Origin: Octopus vulgaris
Lineage: Eukaryota
Assembly: GCA_951406725.2 (NCBI GenBank)
Contig: OX597828.1
Coordinates: forward strand, 57,350,001 to 57,414,000
Reading direction: 5' to 3'
Length of the DNA stretch: 64,000 bases
Shown here: piece by piece, positions 41,374-55,236 of the stretch
How the letters are laid out: every line of letters begins with the position of its first letter
Position numbering within the stretch: position 1 is the first letter of the stretch
Translations under genes and position numbers: made by a program
The notes under the pieces: model-generated
Told to the model about the DNA's origin: nothing
The model's input: the letters and a program-made list of their open reading frames with translations, nothing else
Databases searched by the model: none

Positions 41374-42576
41374 TTATTCCAGTGGTTGAAATACCAAAAA
41401 TATAAAGACAATTGAAATTATAAGCGACATTATCATTCCGGTTTTTAAAAATATAGCATCCAGTCGAACATGGTTGGAAATATAATTTCTCTTTTTCCGA
41501 CTTTGGTGTTCATCTTTTACGACAGTTTCGGACTGTACCGTTGAAATTATTGAAATATCTGTAACTTTGTTAGTTTGCGATCTGTTTTTCTTTCCGTCTG
41601 TCAAATTCGATTGTTTTTCTTGAGATTGCTGATTAATATATAACTTGCTTATAACCACAGATCCAAGTGTGACAATACCACTAAACATTGACAATAACAT
41701 TAAATATAACAGGAATAATGAAGGATATTTAGAATTTTTTGGTGTATTCTTATCGATTTGAACAAGATACAAGACGTTTGATAAAAATATTGTCATTGCT
41801 AGAGAAACTTTCTCTCCTGATTCAGGAGGCAGAAGAAAAACAAAAAGAGTTAACATAGTCATCATTACTGTTGGAATCAACATAGCTACGATTCCTATTG
41901 TGATTTTACGTCGTAACTGCATTACCACTGATGTATGACTGATGCCATCGTTTGTGACATTTGCTGTACCCTTGAAATGAATATCCCACTTGTAGCTTTC
42001 TGTAATATTCATATTCCCGTAAAAGATATTTTTTAATCGTGTTTCCTTGGGAACATGTAAAGCAACACAAATGTCTATTTCACATTCATGGTCATCAAAT
42101 GGATACGTGTATGCGTTCACTAGGCAATATGTCTCCATGTACTTAAGAGACCACAACTCAACTGTTCCGTCAGAGTAAACAATTACTTCGCGATTGATAT
42201 CGCTATTATCTTCCTCATTCACTGAATTACACATCATCAGAGATGGCGTCCATATTTGATTTTTTGGTATATACATATGACTAATGTTGTTATATTCCAA
42301 TGGATCCCAGGTCAGATATTCATCAGTCCACCATGGGATGAACAAATACCGAGCAATCAGTAAGTTATTTACGAAGTCCAAGTCATACAGCGTGTGAAGA
42401 ATCAAGTCAGCATCTATCTCAACAGGTGTAGACAGATTAGTAACAGGTCTTATATCTTTTCTATAATTCAAAAGCAAGGTGTTTTTCAATCGTTCTTCAT
42501 CCTCGTGCGTTGGGTTGGAATTTACTATCAATATCATTAAACTTAAGCTAAAAGCCAAATATTTCATGAGCTTCAT
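41374..42576 (-). CDS. Atypical nAChR-like Cys-loop channel subunit (chemotactile-receptor-like), 400 aa, uninterrupted CDS
   Basis: Signal peptide, Cys-loop CLVNAYTYPFDDHEC, PESGEKVSLAMTIFLSNVLYLV, four TM segments, no vicinal cysteines. Paralogue of the flanking genes. Confidence 0.93.
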   Translation of the reverse strand: MKLMKYLAFSLSLMILIVNSNPTHEDEERLKNTLLLNYRKDIRPVTNLSTPVEIDADLILHTLYDLDFVNNLLIARYLFIPWWTDEYLTWDPLEYNNISHMYIPKNQIWTPSLMMCNSVNEEDNSDINREVIVYSDGTVELWSLKYMETYCLVNAYTYPFDDHECEIDICVALHVPKETRLKNIFYGNMNITESYKWDIHFKGTANVTNDGISHTSVVMQLRRKITIGIVAMLIPTVMMTMLTLFVFLLPPESGEKVSLAMTIFLSNVLYLVQIDKNTPKNSKYPSLFLLYLMLLSMFSGIVTLGSVVISKLYINQQSQEKQSNLTDGKKNRSQTNKVTDISIISTVQSETVVKDEHQSRKKRNYISNHVRLDAIFLKTGMIMSLIISIVFIFLVFQPLE

Positions 42577-43410
42577 TTTCTGTAATATTTTAAAGATTTA
42601 AATACTTGAATATTCTAGTGCTTGAGATAATAATTCCTAGTGAATATTGATTTGTTTCAATTTTGTAATAGTTCTATTGAACTGTAAATAACTGTTGTAT
42701 ATTTCATTATTGTTATAACAAAATAAGATACATAGAGCAGAAAGCTTGTTTTGTATACTAAATTCATTACAAGCATACACCAGGGCACAAATCCCACTTT
42801 ACAAGCAGTATACAAATAAAGAGTTTTCTCAAAATGCCCTGCATTTCTTTTTAAAATACATTGCTATTTGTAAAATACCTTTATGGAAAATGTTACCCTG
42901 AACAATTTGATCATTTAAACAAAGTTGTAAATGTTAAATTAAAATTGTCCCTTGGATAGTCAAGTATGATTAATTCATTCATTTGTATAATATATTCACT
43001 TCAAAGTTGCTAGAGAAGTCAGAGTTTCTTATTTGCAAGTCCAAATATATATCTGGTATTGTAATTCCAATGTCAAACAACATACAAACCAAATAGGTTT
43101 TTGGGTGGCAAAAATGTACGTGGTGAGTAGGTTTCTCAGCAATCTGAAAGAAATAAGTAGTGAAGGAGCTTATATACATCTATGTTTGTCAATAAAATAT
43201 CATTGCACAAACGTCTACCTCAACACCAATAAGAACAACGGTGGCAACCCATTTGGAAAGCCATGGAAGTGCAATGATCTAACGGACACCAATTTACAAA
43301 TATGAAACTCCTTACATTTCCTCAAACGTTTTCATCCCCCACGGAAATATTAATCTTTAGAAATGCTTCTGTGTGTATGAATTTTATGTTATATTATCCA
43401 TCTTTATACA

Positions 43411-43452
<42 letters not shown>

Positions 43453-44189
43453 AGCAGATAATCCATTTGATTACCTTTCGCTTCTGTCATGCAAGTGGCG
43501 GTTATCTGAAATTGTATAAAAGAGAATGTGTACCAATGGAAACACAGTCTTAAGAAACCGAATATCCAGGCATTCTTTCGTTCCTGCTTAGAAAATAATA
43601 AGCGAAGCGGGTAGCATTTATTCCGTGGTTTAGAATTGTTTTGACACTTATGTGGATGGCAAATCAAACATGGATGAGAAAATGACGTAGCCGTGTCCAT
43701 ATTGTAATATATATTAAGCAGAGGCGACGGATGTTTAATCGGACGAATGAATATAATAACAAAAAATTGCTTATTTCGCATAAATAGGAAGAAACTTCCA
43801 TTATACAAGGATCTACGGGCTTACGTAGGAGGGACCAATTCTTGAATCGCGTCCAAAGTGGGAAATAGACAGGCTAGTTTTGTTATTTGTTATCATAATT
43901 CGATGGGCTTCAGTCATCAGCCCAAACCAGTTTACAGGAATTTTTCTTTTTATTCTTTAAGATAATATAAAAGTATATTTTAGTCATGAAATATATGCTA
44001 CGGACAAGTCGTCGGACGCAGAAGCGATCGAAGGGAATTATGCTCAAATACATGCGCATATACACATATAAACAAATAATGCCGATGTGACTTATACATG
44101 ACTATATAAAAACGATGTCAATACGTTCATACATCTATACATTCATACATTCATGCACTCATGCACACACACACAGCACACGTACACAA

Positions 44190-44270
<81 letters not shown>

Positions 44271-44804
44271 TACACGTAGGTCCATGTGTGAGTATATTAT
44301 TCTTTTAATTGTTTCTTTCATAGGTCTGTACCAATGCTGGCGCATCAGCTAAAATTATTCTCCAACGGTTTTGTTGTTTCATGGCAGGAAGATGCTCGGT
44401 GTTTGGGTTTGTGGCAGCTGATCTGCTCTCACTGCATCCTTGAATGTGTTGTCTGGTCCGGTAAGGTCGTTGGGATGTTATCCAATGTTATTCAATGTTT
44501 CTTTAGTGGTCTATTTTATAAATCTGATTTCTTTAGATACGTAGTCGAATCGTTGAGAACCTCTCATTTGTAAGTGTGTGTGTGTGTGTGTTGTGGATCG
44601 TGTTTTGTGTCTGTCTTTCTAAGGCTGCGTCGGTGTGCTTACAAACCCGCTAAGTTTATACCTAAAATAAACGTAGCCTTATTTTCTTTATAAGATATTT
44701 CGGTCTTACATGTAGAAAGCTCGTAGAAAGAAAAACAGAAATTTCTGCAAAATATGCATATAGAATTATGTTGATTCATTTCTATAATTTGTTATGTTAC
44801 AGTC

Positions 44805-44962
44805 ATGAACGAAAAGTATAACAAGTCATGAAAATCTGATACTAACCATATTTTGAATCCATTTCTTCCAAGTGGATTCGGGTTGTAACTTGAATCGCAA
44901 TATCATAGAAGCTACATGGAGTGATAATAAAAAAAAAACTAGACAGCCATAGATTATATAAG
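44805..44962 (-). promoter_or_regulatory. Candidate promoter/first non-coding exon of the 41374-42576 gene
   Basis: Homologous to 63325-63465 and, more weakly, 32790-32850. On the minus strand: TATATAA, Inr-like TCACTCC, and donor-like atatg|GTTAGT. Confidence 0.5.
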
Positions 44963-45092
44963 CATATACACGCGAACGCGCGCGTGTGTGTGCTTCCATA
45001 TGTTTAACAATACATATACATACATACATATGTGTATATTGGTATATATATATATATATATATATATATAAGTGTATATGTATTTACATATG

Positions 45093-45138
<46 letters not shown>

Positions 45139-45158
45139 CATATGTAAATACATATACA

Positions 45159-45220
<62 letters not shown>

Positions 45221-45407
45221 GTACAGACAGAGCATTTTATTGAATCAGGCGTTCCCTGGATACATGAAGAGTAAATACATTGATGAAAAACAATGAGTAC
45301 AAAGATAAATATACTATACTCCTGAGACAGGAGTTACGTTATAAACACTTCTTTTCCTGTTCGACAGGAGGTTCACCTGTATTGATAGAAACATGTTATT
45401 AAAAACT

Positions 45408-45445
<38 letters not shown>

Positions 45446-45529
45446 TTTAATAACATATTTTTCAATCAATATAGGCGAACTGAAATACGTAAGAAAAAAA
45501 CTATTCAAAATATATCTAGAAGTATAGGA

Positions 45530-45810
45530 CTAGCTATAACTTTAGAAATTGAATTCCGCTAGGTTAACTTCCTGGATGTCACATTCAACCTTGACACCAG
45601 TCAGCACGAGGCCTTCCACAAACTAAATTCTAGCCTAAAGAACATTAGCAACAGGTTGAACCAGCCACCTTCCCTCACCCGGGGGACATGTGGATAATAT
45701 TCAAACTAGGGTTTCTCGATTGCCTGCCAATTCAAAATTATTTGATCTACCTCCACCCGATTAAAACGAGTGACTAGCTAGGGCCGGATACAAAGAACAG
45801 ATTAGATTCG
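45530..45810 (+). mobile_element. Penelope-like RT C-terminal fragment
   Basis: VNFLDVTFNL....FHKLNS.L..I.....NQPP motif. Confidence 0.6.
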
Positions 45811-46810
45811 TACACCAAAACAACACACAAACACACATCTCACATCGGATTCACTCTTTGTTTTTACTACTCAATTTTAATTTCTAATTTTTTAATTTAA
45901 TTTTGAAGCTATTGTAAGTATTTTAATTTTGGTTCATTGTGATTGTGAGAGGGTCAACTTTTATAATTAATTCATTTGATTATTTTACTACCGTTTTGAT
46001 ATTTCTATATTTATTTATTAACTGACCCCGAGCCGTTTATAATTGATGGCTTATCCTTATTTAAACTAGGTACAAATTGAAGTAGAGAAGAATCACAGAT
46101 AATAGCATATTTCCCAAGTACACTCACACATACACATACTCAAACAGAATTGGGATGATGTCAGGTTTTCCATTACGCACGTATGGAAACGTTTCCCTTG
46201 GAGATACACGCATTCACACACACACACACACACACACGGACAGGGACGATTCTCATACACTAAAACATTCACATACCCTACTTTTTCACACACACACACA
46301 CACACACACATACACATATACTCACACAGAGTTGGATGGTTGTTTTGTACTTTATTCGCCCCTTCATTTCTCATCCATATCTTGAGAACAGAAGACACGT
46401 TTCCCGTTCTTCTTTCTCATATGGTTATTACATCCAATCGCTCTTTCATTTATGGCTATTACTCTCACCGCCTCTCCTTCACTATATCATTATTTTCCCT
46501 CATCTCCCTTCACTCAAACTATTCATCTTACTCCGTTCTACAGTTTTTCTTGTAGAACGCTATTTTGTAAACAATTGATTTGCTTTTCTTTTCATTTCTC
46601 ATTTTCGTTTGATGTTACCATTTTATTAAATTTAGAATAAGACATTTATTACTTTTTAGCGGATAATATATCGGTTTCTAGTAATTAATGTTAAATTTTT
46701 GATTAGGTCACTCTATTATTTTTGTGGTTAATTTTCGTTTCATTAAATTTTTCTGTTATTTCTAGATATTTATATATCGTGAATTGTAATGTTAGCAAAA
46801 TGCTAGAGTG

Positions 46811-46911
<101 letters not shown>

Positions 46912-47084
46912 CTGGTTTTCAATATCTGACGTTCTTATCTTTGTCGTAAATTATTCATAGATGTATGTGATTTATTACGTGAAGAGATTTTCATTTTTCT
47001 CTTTGGAATTAATTTGACTCCGAAACAATTTGTAGAACGTATATTGGTTCTGTACCAATTTATATATACATATACATACATACA

Positions 47085-47128
<44 letters not shown>

Positions 47129-47129
<1 letters not shown>

Positions 47130-48003
47130 GTGCTCTCAAATTCAAAATCTTGAAATAGTGTACGGAAGAGTGAGAATAATGGAGTGGAAATGTGGCTTTT
47201 GCATTTTACACATCTATCTAACTCCGAAACGTGTCTACAGTTAATGAAAGTCGGGTGAATTCGTTATATTTTCTCTTTGCCTACGTGGGGTATTGAGTAT
47301 TGTTGTCAGGGAAATTTTCTTATGGTAGAGAAATAGCTAGTTTTGACTGTTATTTCTAAATTTCGGTACGTGGTGAAGCAAATTTTTTGCTGAACCCTAA
47401 TTATAATTATACTCATAATTCTAAAAAATGTTGTTTAAGTTTACCGATAATTGTTCTTTTAAAATGCCGAACTACTTCGTAAAATTATTCATTATTAATT
47501 AATTAATTTTCCCCTTTATCATTATTATTGATAATATAATTCTTTCCCTGATAGTAAACTACAGTATTTCTGTAGAATTTTACTCAATAACACACGTGGG
47601 AAGGTGAGAGAGAATGCGAGATCTCATTCGTCTGTTTGAATTCAGAAGTACTGGTCATTGGATGTAGTTTGTCTGATATCACTTGATCAGCTAACTTATG
47701 TTTAAATTTTTACAGTGCTCTCAAATTTAAAATATCGAAATATTGTACGGAAGAGCGAGAATGATCGAGTGGAAATGTGGTTTTTGTCTTTTCCACATCT
47801 ATCTAAATCCGAAACGCGTCTACAGTTAATGGAAGCTGGGAGAATTCGTTATTTCGGTCGCTTTGCCTACATGGGTTGCTGAGTATTATTGTCAAGGAGA
47901 TTTTCTCGTGGTAGAGAAATAGCTAGTTTTGACTGCTGTTTCTAAATTTCGGTCTGTGGTGAAGCAAATCTTTTGCTGAACCCTAATTATAATTATACTC
48001 ATA
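47129..48003 (+). repeat. About 290-bp direct repeats (offset 585) each with a hammerhead-like motif; tandem Penelope-like pLTRs
   Basis: 47129-47417 is similar to 47714-48003. Motif tgta-CGGAAGA...GAAAC-gc-GTC-taca at 47744-47824, with a gt variant at 47159-47239. Confidence 0.75.
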
Positions 48004-48014
48004 TTTATAAGAAG

Positions 48015-48090
<76 letters not shown>

Positions 48091-48779
48091 GTGCATATAG
48101 GGGTACAGGACGTCACCAACGGTTCAAAGAAATACGTAAACAACGAGAATAAGTTTGGAGAAAATGTCAAGTAAACAGAGAGAAATGACACTTCATCAGT
48201 TGTCAGCTGTCTATCTAATCCTCATTTCGTGCATTGAACGACAATATGCGACTTAAACGACAGTTGCTCCTATAAATTCTAAAATAAAATTTACTATTTA
48301 TGTACGCTCAAAAATATAACAGTGCTGATATACAAGGAAACCGAACGTACACCACGCATCCATTTCCAAGTAAGTTTATCTTCAGCTTTTTGATGCGACT
48401 CTCTTCTCTATACTTTTTTTCTTCCGGCAACCTTCTCAAATTCACTTTCCTCCCTCCCCGTCTTTCCCCGTTTTCTATCTGTCTATCTCACTCTGCACCT
48501 CTTTCCCTCTATCTGTCTCGTTGCTCACACGTAACCATCGTCCATCTTTCTTTTCCTCCCGGGACCATCTTTCCTCCATGTACGTTCAATGGAGTGGACG
48601 GTTTTGTCTCTCTCTTCCATATTTTCTCTTTTCAAAAACATATTGATTTGGGATGTCTCAGTTCCTTGATGTTAAGTTAAAGGGCACGTTGAATGCACTT
48701 GTCAATAAGTGAAGGTGAATAGTTCCTGGTGATAAGGGTATCTTTTAGTTCTTGTAGTCGTGTGTCTCTGGTGTTTGCA

Positions 48780-50240
48780 TTAGAGACTAAACATCAAGGA
48801 ACTGAGACATCCCAAATCAAAGAAAAACTTACGACCAAAAGCCATACATCTCCACACACAACCCTCTCAATAACGAAGCCTTCGGCACCATCCTCCACAA
48901 CATACCCCTCCTAAAAAAAGACCACAGAATGAACACAATCCTCCAAACACACACGATCATAAAAAGCAAGAGACAGCCTAAATCCATGAAAAGTCTCCTA
49001 ACACAAGCCCGAATTCACTCTTCAACACAGAAGCCGACAGTAAAAAAATGTGGAAGACGCAATTGCAGGATATGCGACTATCTAATTGAGGGATCAGAGT
49101 TCTCCTTCAAACAGGGACAACGGTTTACAGTGAAAAGCAACTTCACATGTGCTTCGGAGAACCTAATATACTCAATAACCTGCTCCGGGTGTCAAGAGCA
49201 GTACATAGGCCAAACAAAAAATAGTTTGCGTAAACGAATGGCCCTGCACAGATCCCAGATAAAAATTCCCCAAAACAGAAAAATAGCTTTCAGCCAACAC
49301 ATAGATACTTGCGCCAACAACAAAACACCAGGCTTCAGGATTTTCCCCCTCTACCAATTTAGGGACGATACAACCTCGAGACAACGAATAAGTAAAGAAA
49401 CTCTCTTTATTACAAAATACAGGCCACTTCTTAACGGGTCTACGACAAACGATTAATATACCTCAACTTTAGAATAAAAGAAATATACACACACAAATAT
49501 TACATTCCAAAGAATCCATTACTAATCAGCCCCAATCACAGCTATAATCCATAACATGCCAACTTCAAGTCATACAACACCTCACTACTTTCACCCATTC
49601 ATATTCTCCCTTCTCTGTTTTCTTCTTCTTCCTCCACTTCTTCTTCATCATCATTATCATCATCATCGTCGTCATCATCATCACCACCATCATCATCATC
49701 ATCTTCTTCTTCTCCTTCTCCCTCTTCTTCTTCTTCATCATCATCATCATCATCAACATCGTCATCTTCTTCTTCTTCTTCTTCTTCTTCTTCTGCTCCA
49801 CCTTCTACCTCTTAACTTTATCACTAATGCTTTTTAGTAAAACACCTACGCAAATTCCATAAACAAACCTCTCAGTAGAAATATTCTCCTGCATTGAACT
49901 TCAACTGCTAGCCGTCACTGACCATTCAAAATACAACAATCAAGGCACTCCCAAATTTTTCCACCCCCCTCTCCTCATCAGCCTTCTTCTTCTTCTACCC
50001 TACCAAGAATTCACAACGACCTCGAACACACAAGTGCAAACAAGGGAGTCAGAGAAAGGCAGAATGCCACTTATATCTGAACACCATACAAATATTCCTT
50101 TAAAAAAACTTTTCTTCTAATTTTTCTAAATTTAATTATTTAATCGTTACAATTGAAAAGGTCTCAAAATGACCGAAACCGGTGCTGAAATGTTCTTTAT
50201 AAAATTATTTTAGCATTTTCTATTTTGACTTGTTTTTTCA
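48780..50240 (+). mobile_element. Penelope-like element 3' portion with GIY-YIG endonuclease
   Basis: ORF 48929-49456: KCGRRNCRIC...FTC...NLIYSITC.GC..QYIGQT...RM..H...E..FI.......LN. A degenerate hammerhead-like motif lies at about 50150-50186. Confidence 0.88.
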
Positions 50241-50273
50241 TATATATCAACTCGTGTGTTCCTTTTCACCCTT

Positions 50274-50315
<42 letters not shown>

Positions 50316-50744
50316 CATTTTGGGATTTGGTTTGCAAGATACTTTATGTGTGTTCGTGTGTTGAAGCATATTCTGTTTTGCCTGCGAAGGCATATTCTCT
50401 TTAAGTGGTTTTAGTGCCTTATCATCTAACAGACTCACCGGTAAGATGTCTACATTTCTTTTTCTATTTTTCTAAATTTCTTGTTGAGACTTGCAACGTT
50501 TTCAATGGTCTTGAGTCAAAACTATTGAAGAGGATGTAAGATGTTACGAAAATTTCAGAAGAAAAAAGAAAGAAGTGGAAATTTTACCAGAGAGTGTGTT
50601 AAATTATAAAGCACTAGAAGAGAATAACTATCCCCAGACACAAGAGAATATACTATATAATCCTTTCTATTTATTACACACACACACACACACAAACACA
50701 CATACATATATATATATACATATATAATATTATATAAGCAATAA

Positions 50745-51506
50745 TATATCTCTGAACGAGATGTAAACAGTAACCGCTCGACAACGTAAAGTATACTAGC
50801 CATTTCAATATGGCTAACCACTAAAGGTGGGTGTTACTGTAGCTTTTAGCCCCAGGAGATCATCGTCTCCAGCTGGCTTTAGGCACACTTTCTATTCCCT
50901 TATGATATGTGCAAAGGGAGGTCATCCCCTCTCGTAAACCTGCAGTTTCGAGGTTTTTGCCTCTTATCAATGTACGGTAATCACCGGTTTTCGATGAAGG
51001 GAGACCTGTTTGCGAACATCTATTTAATGTTTTCCCCAGTAACCACTGTCACTGATTTCGAAAAACTGTCTGAAAGCAATAATAAATCTCTGAACGAGAT
51101 GTAAAGAGTAACCGCTCGACAACGTAAAGTATACTAGCCATCTCAATATGGCTAACCACTAAGGGTTGGTGTTACTGTAGCTTTTAGCCCCAGGAGATCA
51201 TCGTCTACAGCTGACTTTAGGCACACTTTCTGTGTCCTTATGATATTTGCAAAGGGAGGTCATCCCCTCTCGTAAACCTAAGTGATACTCACGTTCAGAG
51301 ATTTATTATTGCTTTCAGACAGTTTTTCGAAATCAGTGACAGTGGTTACTGGGAAAAACATTAAATAGATATTCGCAAACGGGTCTTCCTTTCATCGTAA
51401 ACCGGTGATTACCCTACGTTGACAAGAGGCAAATACCTCGAAACTGCAGTCCGTGCGTATCACTTAGGTTTACGAGAGAGGGATGACATCCCTTTGCAAA
51501 TATCAC
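50745..51506. repeat. Direct plus inverted repeat complex (probable Penelope pLTR array)
   Basis: 50748-50940 repeats at 51088-51279. 51291-51450 inverts 50940-51096, and 51460-51506 inverts 51241-51287. Confidence 0.8.
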
Positions 51507-51593
51507 TTTAACCGAAACGCTAAGTTACGTGGATGTAAAATCTGTTGTCAAGCAATGGTGGAAGGACAGAGACATACAAATACATACATACAT

Positions 51594-51762
<169 letters not shown>

Positions 51763-51859
51763 GATATAAATATAGAAATATATATATGCCTTTCCTGGCC
51801 AATTGATAGTGGTGGGTTGAACGTCACGAGGGACTCAATAGGTAGCTGTATCCCTCTTA

Positions 51860-53300
51860 CACGCGAAAGATGTGCGACATTACTTCACTGTTAAGCAATG
51901 TTCTTGTGCATTTAGGGCATTTCGTGATGATGGTACTTTGCATACCTGTAGAGTTTATTTTGAATCACCAATACTCCACCACACTCACAAACACACAAAC
52001 AGACATTCCTGTATCACTGCCAGTCCAGGAATTTTAAGTAATTATCCATGGATCCCATCCCAAATGCTATCCGGATCAACCCAGCCGGTTGATTCTAGTT
52101 GATTCTTAGATGTTCATCGAGATCCTCACCAATCTTGTTCTGTCACTATATTCCTGACGACAACTGAAGTGAACGTCCATCAAGTGCGTTGTCTAACTTC
52201 CAGAAGACTATGATCGCTGACGACACTCAAGATATCAGAGGTCCTGCCCCGCTATGCTTTTGATCCACAACTGCAACTCCGGTGGATCAAGACTGTCTTA
52301 CAGCGATCACACATAATTACTGTCAAAGAATCATTGAATATGTCGCGGCTCTAGAGCATGGCTGCGCATCACCAACCTCGGCCTGTCCTGTCCTGCAATC
52401 AGCGGGTATGGAGAACAAATGTAGAGCCTGGCCGGTGTAATGCGTCCCTTCAATCTACGGAAGCCAGGAGCAGTCCTCCCTCTCCAGTTAGATGAGTACC
52501 GAGACGAGACACAAGGATCAGACGGCAATACATGGCAGGGATGATGCAAACTATCACCATCTGCGACCGATGTTTTCGGGATAGCTTTCTCTCGACCCAC
52601 TTCTATATGAAGTTGACCACCCTATTCGCCATATCTTCACACTCCTTCTTTAAGTGTATAGAACTGAACCAAACCAGACACAGAACAATTTAACCGATCC
52701 AGCCCTTACAAGGCTATTAAACAGCGGGGACCATCTTATATAGGCACCGGGATAGGAGTATTCTGAAATCACTAATTTTCGTTCATGTTTCCGTATTACG
52801 TTGCCAGAAAGTCGCACCGATCACCTCGATATGTTTCGTGCCCGACACTATAACAAAAATATTATCTGCCGGCGCCGACACAGATTGATATTTCGCATTG
52901 TACATCGCACCGTATGTTCCCTTTCCCCAAACGCCTTCAGATTCAGCATTAATGTCTCGAGAATCAAAACATACGCTATGGAGGAGATTGTAAAGCCTTG
53001 CCAGCCCGAACGCATAAAGATGAAGGGTAACTGTTGATGGCTAATTACCCTGACCAGCGAAGAGATATGTTTAAACAATGCAGCGATCCAATCTCTGAAA
53101 CCAAGGCCAAAACGGCCTATATATGAGACAACTATCAAGTACCGATGTCAAAAGTTTTCGATTATATTAATTTTATCGGAGCTCTAATCGAGCCAGAATC
53201 ATTATTTACACTGTCTATGAGATATCACACGAAAGGGAGGTGTCGTGAATAGATCTCTTTAGGATGACAGATATCTAGACACTTTACTAGTCCCCTGTCA
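51860..53300. mobile_element. GC-richer degenerate retroelement relic (possibly LTR/Gypsy)
   Basis: A composition shift and broken ORFs; no clean motif recognised. Confidence 0.3.
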
Positions 53301-55190
53301 ATAATCTTAAACAGTGCATTGAAAAATAAATAATGGGACCACGCTGGTACTGAGTGGATTAGAATTTCTGGAAATTATCCATGAGTTACAGGCATAAAAT
53401 CTTCTGAAACAGAGAAGCCAATTGATTTTCGTCGATGCCCAAAGTATTAATACAGATTGCTTACATGGAACCTCTTCATACACCTTTGCCTCGGTTCTCA
53501 CACCACGAATATTTTATAGTGTTACTTAAATGATAGCTTATAGTACATAAATAGCAACTGTTGGCGAACTGAGGCCAACATTTGAAAGTGAATGCAGACA
53601 AATAGGGAACGAAATTAAACTGGATGGTTGAGATTCTATTGATTTTTATCAGCAATGTCTGCATTTGAATTATCATCAGTTTGGTGGATAGCATTAAATT
53701 TTGAAATATATATGTATTTAATAATCAATGATTAAAACAATTTTTGGGGTGGGGTTCATATCGTATATTTATATGTGCGTATAAATTGCTTTAATTGTAT
53801 GACATGACGCAATTGGTGCTTACAAAGATTAGGGAAAAACGGAATATAATCACGATACGTTGTCAGATTCGTCATAGAAAATTATTTCAACAGCCCAGGA
53901 TCAATCTTTTCGACCTATTTCAAATTCTCTTACTCATCATTATCATGTTCATCATTCGTCAGTATCAACTTTATATTCTTTATAGAATTCATAGTCATTA
54001 TCGATATCAATTATAATTGTAATTTATACAGGATGGTAGAGGACGGACGTATTTGAAAAGTTCACGAAATCAATAATTTTACCAGCAAACAAATTTTATT
54101 GACATTAATGTGTTTGTATTGAATTAATATTTATTAAAATTAACTGTGAAAAACAACATCCATCATGTGGTGTCCGTTTTCATTGATGTCTGAAGGTGTT
54201 CTTAGAAGCTGGCCTCCAATCTTTCCAACAATGCTCTGTCGTTTCGGGCGACTTCCATGAGAATAGATTCCTTGAAATCGTCAAATGTACGTAGCTTATG
54301 TGCATACATACGCGCCTTGGGGTTTCCTTAAAAGATATAATCGTGTATGGAAAAATCAGGGTACTCAGGATACACAAGCCTGAAAAATCAGGGTACTCAA
54401 ACCTGAAAATGAAGCGGTCTTCATTGTCTTCAAGAAAGGACGACAATTTAGAAATTTAGAAATTTAATAACGCAAAGCCTAATTTTTCAGAGCACTCTTT
54501 ATTCAAGCAGATAGTGAAAGTTCATTATACGACACACGAACAAATGAATATAAGGATTCATTAATTTGCTCGTAAATGTTTAACAGTTTCATTACGGTGC
54601 AAACTCGTAACATTCCCGAATAGTTTGTGATATAAAAATGCATGTACCTGACTTCATACGTGAAGGACACACGTAGTGTGTAGTTAAAGATTGAAGTGAG
54701 ACATTTAAAAATATAAACACTGTGTTGGATGATAGCTTTCTGACTTTGTTGAAATATAGCTTTCAGTTACTGAATCTGAATTTAATGTAAATAAGCAACT
54801 TAGATTCCATTCCGTCATAAGCAGTCATAACTCAAGTATGACTTTTGCTTGAAAATGGCCTTCACTTGAAAATTAATAGCGCTTATAAATCGATGGACCA
54901 GTCTGTATTTTTCACTGGACTGGAAGTTTATAAGCTAACAGTTTTACGTATATATTGTAGACGACCTCCAAACTAAATTTCATGCAATAATGTTTCATCA
55001 ATAGACAGATGAGAAGATTAACAATTATTAAAAATTGGCTCCAGTCAGACAGAATTAAGTGCAATTGAGACAAGTAAGAGTTTAAATAGCGTAACGTTTG
55101 TATTGTTAGTTTTTACACCTTAACCTCAATGTGAAATCTCGTACTTATTCAACATTTATAGGAAAAAGATCTATGCACAGTATACGTTAT

Positions 55191-55236
<46 letters not shown>

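Noticed and set aside
47129-51506. Possible CRISPR-like or satellite arrays
   Set aside because: There is no short constant repeat with unique spacers, the context is eukaryotic, and the repeats are TE termini.
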